NCBI GenBank assembly: GCA_937899865.1
Contig: CALBRH010000028.1
Coordinates: 1 to 53,141 of the forward strand
DNA: 53,141 bases
Origin: an uncultured euryarchaeote
Lineage (GTDB): Archaea; Thermoplasmatota; Poseidoniia; Poseidoniales; Poseidoniaceae
Direction of reading: 5' to 3'
Shown: piece after piece, positions 46,063 to 53,141 of the stretch
Layout: each line of letters begins with the position of its first letter
Position numbering within the stretch: the first letter of the stretch is position 1
Translations under genes and position numbers: made by a program
The notes under the pieces: model-generated
Seen by the model: the letters and a program-made list of their open reading frames with translations, nothing else
The model's database searches: none
Told to the model about the DNA's origin: nothing

Positions 46063-46998
46063 TCAGCGGTACTCAGTCGGTTTGAGAGGGTTGCCCTGTT
46101 CGTCGACATCAGCAAAAACAAAATCTTCCGGTGTTTGAATGTGTGCATAATCGCCTAAATTTTGTTGGTGGAAGCCTTGGCTTTCATATACTTCTGGTGA
46201 AAATGAATAGCCTTCAATGCCGATATATTCCGCGCGTGAAACTCTTGTGGTAATTCGATGATAACCGTGATGCCACAGTGCTAACGCGGTAATCGCATCT
46301 TGGCTTGTAGCAATCCGAAATGGTATCTTTGGAAATGGTGGAGTTACGCATTTCTCAGGAACCAATCGGTTTTCTTTACTTATCCTTGCTCGATTTATCC
46401 ACTTGCGCATGAATAGCCATCTAATTCTTCTGTGAGCCCGATTTGTGTACGTTGATTTTGTGAGAAATCTCGCTTCATAGGCATAAATAATGTGTTTAAT
46501 TTCATCCCATACTTGCTTAGTGATAACATAAGCCCAAAAATGGCGATTGGTTGCAATCAACTGATTTTCTTGCTTCAATTGTTGTTCAATTGATGCAGAA
46601 TTAATGTTGTAAGCTGTTATTGTGCCAATATCATCATACTTACTGGCCCAATTGGATATTTTAAAAACCGTCTCAACATAGTTTTCACCAAGTACTAAAT
46701 CATCTTCGAGAAGTAAAACTCTATCATAGTTTAATTCGTCAAAAAGGCGTCTACGTGCATCGATTAAATGACGTCCTATGCCCCAATTATTTACTCTACA
46801 AACGATTGTTGCATCTGAAAACTTAGAGGCTTTGATCAACTGTTTGATTTCCTCTTGTTTGGCATTGGGCCCACCATCGACATAGACGAAAATATCGTGA
46901 TCATAGGCTGCTTTGTTTTTCTCAAGGCTTGAAAGTACCTTGGTAAAGTAATCAATTCTATTGAATCCTAACAACAGAATTGCCGATCTCAACTGCAA
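46063..46998 (-). CDS. GT-A fold glycosyltransferase (GT2-like or GnT-I-like)
   Basis: ILLLGFNRIDYF, YVDG, NWGIG, LLLEDD (DxD-type motif) and TRVSRAEYIG. Confidence 0.8.
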   Translation of the reverse strand: MQLRSAILLLGFNRIDYFTKVLSSLEKNKAAYDHDIFVYVDGGPNAKQEEIKQLIKASKFSDATIVCRVNNWGIGRHLIDARRRLFDELNYDRVLLLEDDLVLGENYVETVFKISNWASKYDDIGTITAYNINSASIEQQLKQENQLIATNRHFWAYVITKQVWDEIKHIIYAYEARFLTKSTYTNRAHRRIRWLFMRKWINRARISKENRLVPEKCVTPPFPKIPFRIATSQDAITALALWHHGYHRITTRVSRAEYIGIEGYSFSPEVYESQGFHQQNLGDYAHIQTPEDFVFADVDEQGNPLKPTEYR

Positions 46999-47007
46999 TC
47001 CCCTCTA

Positions 47008-49341
47008 TCAATCTCTAACTGGAGTTGCGCCATCATCATCTGAAGATTCACTCTCGGCTTCTTCTTCGCCTTTATCTTCTTCTTCAGATTCTACAGGGCC
47101 TTCTTCTACAACTCGGTAATAACTTTCATACGGATTTTGATATTCTAATTGAAGGCTCGCCGAGTTTTCCATCGTGGTCAAATTAGTAGCTGTAATTCCA
47201 TTTGCTGAAATTGCATAGATGTAATTCCCCATGAAGATAGAACGACGGATATTGTATGAATTCCACCAGTACTGCTCAGAATCATAGAATTCTGAATGGT
47301 CTACTTCGCCGTATGATGTCAAACTAGTCTCTGTAACATTGGTAATCATCAATTTGCTAACCCATTCTCTTGGACATTCTGTATAGGTTCTTGTTTCATA
47401 ATCATAATAGCCGCTAGTGTAAGTGTTCATTGGAACCGCAAGCATCGATTTTGGCGCCCAATATTGGAATGCTTTATGCTCATAAGTAGCTTCTGAATTT
47501 GACCAAGACCAACATGGATTATTTTCATCTTCTACAGGGGAGATTGTTAGTGTTGTTGTTTCAAGTGGATTGGTGAAATCTGAGACATCGAATAGTGAAA
47601 GACGGACATTGCTCCAATCTAATCCTTCACCTGTCTCAAGGTCGGCTGGACCCATTCCTATTGTCAACAAGGTATCCTCGGAGATAGGGTGAATGTAAGT
47701 TGAAACTCCAGGAATCTTCAACTCTCCCATGATGACTGGATTTGTAGGGTCTGACAAGTCGATTGTCCAAAGTGGATCCATATTCTCGAAAGTCACGATG
47801 TATGCTCTGTCTTCAACAAATCGTGCGCTCCAAATTGTCTCATTTGGCGCAATGCCCTCAACAATACCAATTTGTTCCAGTGTAGTATGGCCTGTCGCAT
47901 CAGTGGTTGGTTGAAGAGTTACAACATTGGAAGTCATTGGTTCTGGGTCGGCTAACCACCATCTGCCCCATTGGCCCTCTGTTGAAGCGACTCGAATTAC
48001 TCCTTGATATTCAGATAGAGAGAATTGATCTTGGATAGTTCCGTCTACCCTGCCTGATGCGATGTATTCTGTTGTGCCAGGATCGCTGATGTCGAACATG
48101 TGAATGTTTGTTGCTTCATCAGAATCGTCAGAGTTCCAGAACCACCAAGAATCCCAGGATTTCTCGGCCAGTATCAATGCATCTGCTGAAGAGTAAACCA
48201 ATGGGTAATTTCCTATTATGTGGTCTGCTTCAAAGTCAAAGTCTGCAGCAGTAATATCAAAAGAAAATATGCTGTTGATACCACGGGAAAAGCCATCCTG
48301 CGGGGCAACAAAACTTGCACAATCATCATTGGTAATTGAATGAGTTAATACTGAATCTCCTTGACGTTCATAGATTCTTGGAACTAAGTCTGACAAACTC
48401 ATATCGGCAATAACTTCCTCATTTTCAAGCATGGTTTGGTAGGCTACTTCTTCTCTGATTTGTAATCGTAATGGGTTATCATAATCAAGACTCCAATATC
48501 CTTCAGGAAGGTCAAGCCAACTACTCAAGCCCCTGGTTTCCATCCAAGCATGAGTAACTGTTCTAATGGTGCCATCAACTTCTCTGGCAGTAATGTAAGA
48601 ACCTTCAATGAATAACTCTCTTTCAAGCTCTATATCGCTTCTATCACTAATATCAAACACGCTGAATTTAGTCAAACTATAGGTTCGCCAAGAGGAGTAT
48701 TCTTCATCCCATTCCATTGCTTGGTAAAGCGGATTGCTCGCTGGAATATTCCATGAAGATACCGATGAAATTACTACTAATCTGTCACCATCAAGAAGCA
48801 TTGATTGGGGATTGCCTTCAATGGTTGTATTTGATTGATAAACCAATTCACCAAACTCTGGAACACCCATAATTTCTAATTTTTTACCGTTCAGGAAATA
48901 GATGTAGTAGCCATCAGTTTTCACTACATCTGCCTCATCAACACCGCTTTCCTGATTATTTGTTCCTGAAAAATCAGTGCCTTCGACCCTCCTTGTTGTG
49001 GTTGGTGGGCTAGATCCGCCTGTTGCGCTATCATCTGCTTCGGCCATCATGCCATCCTCTAGTATCATATCATCCCAGAAGTAGTAATATTGTTCTTCTA
49101 CCGCTTGTAATAATTGAATGCGATAATCTTCGAGAATTACATCTTTGAGCCTGTTCTCTAAATCATCACAATCGTCAAATTCAACTAAATCTGGCGTAGT
49201 AACGGGTCGTTGGACAATCTTTTTCCAGTCCATAGGAATGTCAATGTCAGGTATCTCAACTTCCTCTTCCAAAGCTCCCAAACAACCGGCGGTAAAAAAT
49301 AGTGAAACCATCAGCATAGCCATGATTTTCTTCTGTTGCAT
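47008..49341 (-). CDS. Secreted lipoprotein with a C-terminal beta-propeller (Beta_propel-type family)
   Basis: Lipobox FTAGC; FSGTNNQESGVDEADVVKTDG, FSLSEYQGVIRVA, IWSARF, AYIVTF..MDPLWTIDLSDP and GELKIPGVSTYIHP. Confidence 0.9.
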   Translation of the reverse strand: MQQKKIMAMLMVSLFFTAGCLGALEEEVEIPDIDIPMDWKKIVQRPVTTPDLVEFDDCDDLENRLKDVILEDYRIQLLQAVEEQYYYFWDDMILEDGMMAEADDSATGGSSPPTTTRRVEGTDFSGTNNQESGVDEADVVKTDGYYIYFLNGKKLEIMGVPEFGELVYQSNTTIEGNPQSMLLDGDRLVVISSVSSWNIPASNPLYQAMEWDEEYSSWRTYSLTKFSVFDISDRSDIELERELFIEGSYITAREVDGTIRTVTHAWMETRGLSSWLDLPEGYWSLDYDNPLRLQIREEVAYQTMLENEEVIADMSLSDLVPRIYERQGDSVLTHSITNDDCASFVAPQDGFSRGINSIFSFDITAADFDFEADHIIGNYPLVYSSADALILAEKSWDSWWFWNSDDSDEATNIHMFDISDPGTTEYIASGRVDGTIQDQFSLSEYQGVIRVASTEGQWGRWWLADPEPMTSNVVTLQPTTDATGHTTLEQIGIVEGIAPNETIWSARFVEDRAYIVTFENMDPLWTIDLSDPTNPVIMGELKIPGVSTYIHPISEDTLLTIGMGPADLETGEGLDWSNVRLSLFDVSDFTNPLETTTLTISPVEDENNPCWSWSNSEATYEHKAFQYWAPKSMLAVPMNTYTSGYYDYETRTYTECPREWVSKLMITNVTETSLTSYGEVDHSEFYDSEQYWWNSYNIRRSIFMGNYIYAISANGITATNLTTMENSASLQLEYQNPYESYYRVVEEGPVESEEEDKGEEEAESESSDDDGATPVRD

Positions 49342-49515
49342 AGTGTAGAAACATATTCAATTTGGTTATCAACTAATTGGTTAGATGCTTTAGTTAGTTT
49401 ATGATTGAAATATGGATAAGTTTATTTTTTTACATAGTCTATATACGCCACGGTCATAAATAAACTCCATTCAAATCCTAAACAAACCTATTATTAGTTA
49501 GGGAGGCGTGGTCAA

Positions 49516-50250
49516 TTGGTGAAAGAAGGTATCTTGATAGCGGTTGAAGGCTTGGATGGTAGTGGCAAATCTACTCAAGCAAAGCTACTGCTGAATTGGA
49601 TTCGTGCCCTAGGTTTGCCTGTTCACCACACAGAATGGAATTCAAGCCCATTTATCAGGGCTGCAACCAAGGAAGGTAAAGATAGGAAGAGATTGAAACC
49701 AATGACCTTCCATCTAATACATGCTGCTGATTTTGCCGATAGATGGGCCCAACAGATTGAGCCGATGTTAGAAATTGGTGGTATTGTCATATGTGATAGA
49801 TACAAGTTTACTGCAATGGCTAGAGATGGAGCGAGGGGTGTTTCAAACGATATAATCGAACAAAACTACTCCTTTGCTCCAGAGCCTGACCTCACGATAT
49901 TTTTTGACATCCCGCCAGAAATTGGCTATCAGAGAATAATATCTGGACGACCATCGCTTAAGTGGTATGAAGCGGGTTTGGATATGGGGTGGACTCATGA
50001 CCCATTTGAATCATATAAAATTCTTCAAGGTAAGATAAAATCGATTTATGACGGATTGGTATCTGAGGGAAGAATTGAAAGAATTGATGCCAATGGTAGC
50101 GTAGCTGAAATTCAAGCCAGAGTTAGAAAATTAATTAGCAACAAACTCGATTTCACTAATATCGATACAATAGATGAAACTGACCGGATGGCGGAAAACA
50201 TTCGGTCTTCATCATTTGACTGGATGCAATTTCATGAGGACGGTGAGTAA
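49516..50250 (+). CDS. Thymidylate-kinase-fold protein, paralog 1 (intact P-loop)
   Basis: IAVEGLDGSGKST, ICDRY and PEPDLTIFFD. TTG start with SD-like GGGAGG. Confidence 0.85.
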   Translation: MVKEGILIAVEGLDGSGKSTQAKLLLNWIRALGLPVHHTEWNSSPFIRAATKEGKDRKRLKPMTFHLIHAADFADRWAQQIEPMLEIGGIVICDRYKFTAMARDGARGVSNDIIEQNYSFAPEPDLTIFFDIPPEIGYQRIISGRPSLKWYEAGLDMGWTHDPFESYKILQGKIKSIYDGLVSEGRIERIDANGSVAEIQARVRKLISNKLDFTNIDTIDETDRMAENIRSSSFDWMQFHEDGE

Positions 50251-50919
50251 ATGGGCAGCAGTGGTAAATTGATCGTAATTGAGGGGCCAGACCATGTGGG
50301 CCGGTCACTACATGCTCGCCTTTTAGCAGAGCGATTAGAAGCCCATGGGGTAGCAGTCTCAACTATTGGCTTAGCACGTTCGCAGCTTCTAGGCGAGCTT
50401 ATCAAATCCCATTCAAATGAATTACATCAATTGAATTGGCGCACTAGATCTTTGCTCTATGCAACCGACCTTAATGACCAAATAATTCATGAATTAGAAA
50501 CACTATTAGAAGCTGGCTTCGTTGTGATTGCAGATAGATATACACTTACGCCGATAATTAGAGAAAAGATAAGAGGTGGTAATACTCGTTGGATAGAGGG
50601 GCTATACAATCAGGCTCCAATGCCCGATTTGACAATTGTACTTCATGCAGGGGGAAGGCGTCTACTAAATCGAATAATTCACAGTAATGATTTGGCATCA
50701 TTGAATGGGTTTGAGGCGGGCATGGATTTGAATATCTCGCCATCGGTTACGAAATCCTTCCTAGAATATCAAAAACTGCTGAAAGCAGCCTTTGCTGAAT
50801 ACGCCGAAGAGATGAACATGCCAATAATCCCAACAAAACAATCTGTTGAGCAAGTCCACAAAGAAATTTGGAGTCATGTAAAACCAATCGTGGCAGATGT
50901 ACTTCAGGTTTTCAAATAG
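50251..50919 (+). CDS. Thymidylate-kinase-fold protein, paralog 2 (degenerate P-loop)
   Basis: VIEGPDHVGRS, IADRY and PMPDLTIVL. ATG directly follows the paralog-1 stop (GGTGAGTAA|ATG). Confidence 0.85.
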   Translation: MGSSGKLIVIEGPDHVGRSLHARLLAERLEAHGVAVSTIGLARSQLLGELIKSHSNELHQLNWRTRSLLYATDLNDQIIHELETLLEAGFVVIADRYTLTPIIREKIRGGNTRWIEGLYNQAPMPDLTIVLHAGGRRLLNRIIHSNDLASLNGFEAGMDLNISPSVTKSFLEYQKLLKAAFAEYAEEMNMPIIPTKQSVEQVHKEIWSHVKPIVADVLQVFK

Positions 50920-51376
50920 TAATTGAATTTGCCAAGTCTGCCAAAGGGATTCTTATTCTAGGTATTAGAAAATCCACAGTATGTCTCGTTGTTTTCGGGG
51001 GATAAAGGCGGTGGCTTTGGGCCCAAAGCAACACATCTTGCTTTGTAACATTAGAAAAATCGCTCCAGGGCCATAGCTCTAGTTTGATATTATCATTGTT
51101 TAGATATTCAACTTCTATAACTGGAATGAGGTTAAGATTTAATTCGATGCTTGCTCGATATTTATGATGCCCATCAAGTATTGTTTTAGTAGTCTTATCA
51201 ATTAAAATAGGTTTGTGAAAAAACCCTTGTTTTACCAGCTTTTCCCGCATCTCTTGCAAACGAGTCGGGATAGTTTCCTCATGGGGCAGCAAGATGTCGA
51301 TGTTAATTAATGACCACTCCATATCTCCGTTTGAGAAAAGTTCGCTATTATTTATTGGGGGCAAGTTGCTCATCAT
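50912..51376 (-). CDS. Stand-alone ParB/sulfiredoxin-fold protein
   Basis: LLPHEET, KPILID and ILDGHHK. Start ATG 51376 overlaps the upstream stop as ATGA. Confidence 0.8.
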   Translation of the reverse strand: MMSNLPPINNSELFSNGDMEWSLINIDILLPHEETIPTRLQEMREKLVKQGFFHKPILIDKTTKTILDGHHKYRASIELNLNLIPVIEVEYLNNDNIKLELWPWSDFSNVTKQDVLLWAQSHRLYPPKTTRHTVDFLIPRIRIPLADLANSITI

Positions 51377-53139
51377 ATAAGCATCAATTCCCATATTCCT
51401 ACAGAGCCAGAGTCCTCATTGGCTACTAATAACAACGGAGTCCCTGTTGGGGAAACATCCGCTGAAACAAATTCCATATCCTCGGGGTTTGAAGAGCCGT
51501 CCACTTGAATCCATTGTTGGAAGGTGGGATTATTGGGGTCTGTAATGTCATAAATCATAACCCCGAAACTTCTCTCCATTGATACAAAGAGGTACTGTCT
51601 TCCATCAATTTCTCCAACCTTAACCCCTTCAGGTTCAATCCCTTTATTATCATCCCTAGTATTCATCTCATCGACAAGGTGTTGGCCGTTATTGGTTGAA
51701 TATTGAGAGAAGTCATGTCCACTATCCCATACCATTTCCAAATCTGTTGTCCAAATGGAGAACGACCTTGCCCCTACTCCGCAGATATAATCTAAATCGC
51801 CATCACCATCATGGTCGCCGCAATTATTTGGTACGTTCAGCCTTCCTAACTGGTTCATTTGTTGCATGTTAGCAAAATCCGGAAACCGCATTGGATCGAG
51901 GTTTGTTGAAGCAATTCGTATTTCTTCATTTAGGCCGATTTCTAAAATTCCTGATGAACTATTGAAATATCGGTAATCGCGGAGGTCTCCCTCATTTCCA
52001 GTTATCAAGTAAGTCACCCCATTAACTGTGTAAGAGGTTATTCCATCCGGCATATACATCGACATAACTGGCCAAGGTTTTGGATTGTAAGCATCTTCAT
52101 CGCTAGCATCGAGTGGATGTAATCTAATATTTACGAATCCCATCGGGATATTGGTTTCAGTAGGCCCGGAATCGGTCATGATTGCTAATTTTAGTTCCCC
52201 GATAGGATTGAATTGCCAAGTTTCGGCATCCTCAAGGATATTGAGTAAATCAATCGGCCCGCCGTTATTGTCAAGCTCACACAAGTTAGCAATAGCAATT
52301 GTTGCAACATAAACTTCCAATGAGCCGTCATCAGTATATGCTATCTTGCCCTGATTATTTGGACAATCAATTGAAACATCTACTCCTTCTAAATCTTCTA
52401 GATTTGCTGGGGTTTCGTGAGTTGAGAGTATCTGCCCTGAAAAATCCCTAATCTCAACCATATCGGAAGAATCATGAATGATTATCAACTGCTGATTGCC
52501 AATATAATCTAAACCTGAAATATCATCGGTCTGAGTTGGTATAGTTGAAAAAGATGTAGTGCTGAATTGTTGGTTTGTTTTATTCAACCAATCGGATGAT
52601 ATTGCATATAGATGTAAATCATTGTCTGTTTGACTACCTGCTACTAGGAAACCAAATTCGTTTGATTGCCATGCCGTATCTCGATCTGTGTCTGGAATGA
52701 ATGTTAATGATTCTAGTCCTTGTCCATCATCGTTATCAACTGGTAAATCACTCAGGAAGACGATTGAATGTGTTTCGAAAGTAGTTGAATAACTGAGAAT
52801 CTCGACTTGAGTGGTCGATTCGTCTGCAGCATAAATTATTCCGGCTTCATCACACGTAACTGCTTCATAGTCAGTACCAGTGGTGTAACTATCGACCGGA
52901 GTCCCTTGTTCATCAATCATATGTATTGACCCACTATCATCGGCTATCAGATACGCAGAGTACGCTGCACAATAATTTAGACCGCTCCCCTCTCCTGAAC
53001 CAAGTAAAGTGCCGAGTGAGGTGAACGTAAGTGGTCCATCGTTAACAACAGAGTTCAAACTATTATCAATTGATAACATGTAAGGAGTGTTAGAAATTGT
53101 TTGAAACAACCCAGAGACGCTATTACCTACTATGGTTAG
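51373..53139 (-). CDS. Beta-propeller protein with a C-terminal choice-of-anchor-I-like region; 5'-truncated by the window edge
   Basis: MYMPDGI, YLITGNEGD, GARSFSIW, DNKGIEPEGV and ERSFGVMIYDITDP. The frame stays open upstream of TTG 53109 to the window end. Confidence 0.8.
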   Translation of the reverse strand, partial: LTIVGNSVSGLFQTISNTPYMLSIDNSLNSVVNDGPLTFTSLGTLLGSGEGSGLNYCAAYSAYLIADDSGSIHMIDEQGTPVDSYTTGTDYEAVTCDEAGIIYAADESTTQVEILSYSTTFETHSIVFLSDLPVDNDDGQGLESLTFIPDTDRDTAWQSNEFGFLVAGSQTDNDLHLYAISSDWLNKTNQQFSTTSFSTIPTQTDDISGLDYIGNQQLIIIHDSSDMVEIRDFSGQILSTHETPANLEDLEGVDVSIDCPNNQGKIAYTDDGSLEVYVATIAIANLCELDNNGGPIDLLNILEDAETWQFNPIGELKLAIMTDSGPTETNIPMGFVNIRLHPLDASDEDAYNPKPWPVMSMYMPDGITSYTVNGVTYLITGNEGDLRDYRYFNSSSGILEIGLNEEIRIASTNLDPMRFPDFANMQQMNQLGRLNVPNNCGDHDGDGDLDYICGVGARSFSIWTTDLEMVWDSGHDFSQYSTNNGQHLVDEMNTRDDNKGIEPEGVKVGEIDGRQYLFVSMERSFGVMIYDITDPNNPTFQQWIQVDGSSNPEDMEFVSADVSPTGTPLLLVANEDSGSVGIWELMLI

Positions 53140-53141
53140 TG

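Noticed and set aside
1-53141. tRNA, rRNA, integrase, transposase or recoding (frameshift, Sec, Pyl) signals
   Set aside because: None found by eye; all main ORFs are intact, and intergenic gaps are too short or lack cloverleaf motifs. tRNAscan-SE and Infernal were not run.

Overview
A gene-dense, AT-rich archaeal chromosomal segment. Archaeal markers are rpl15e, archaeal-type DnaG, a group II chaperonin, a class III (pilin) signal peptide and a PINA-like ATPase. Together with bacterial-type PurH/PurN and marine-style secreted acidic proteins, these suggest Marine Group II Euryarchaeota (Poseidoniales); the taxon is inferred, not proven. Bases 1.1-16.2 kb hold a complete alpha-glucan utilisation locus: membrane-anchored GH57 amylopullulanase and GH13 amylase, GH77 amylomaltase, GT35 phosphorylase, and an ABC importer whose solute-binding protein is fused to the MalF-type permease. 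The rest is housekeeping genes mixed with lineage-specific hypotheticals. Best leads: (i) the alpha-glucan locus and its SBP-permease fusion; (ii) a coupled pair of thymidylate-kinase-like genes, one with an intact and one with a degenerate P-loop, resembling a heteromeric polyphosphate kinase, next to a ParB/Srx-type protein and a choice-of-anchor-I protein; (iii) a pilin carrying three copies of an unrecognised ~75-aa domain; (iv) an unknown 679-aa protein in a strongly coupled bicistron beside a divergent chaperonin; (v) a structured dnaG leader; (vi) four convergent gene pairs whose stop codons abut with zero gap. I saw no rRNA, tRNA, CRISPR array or transposase. All family calls come from motifs read by eye; no database search was run.
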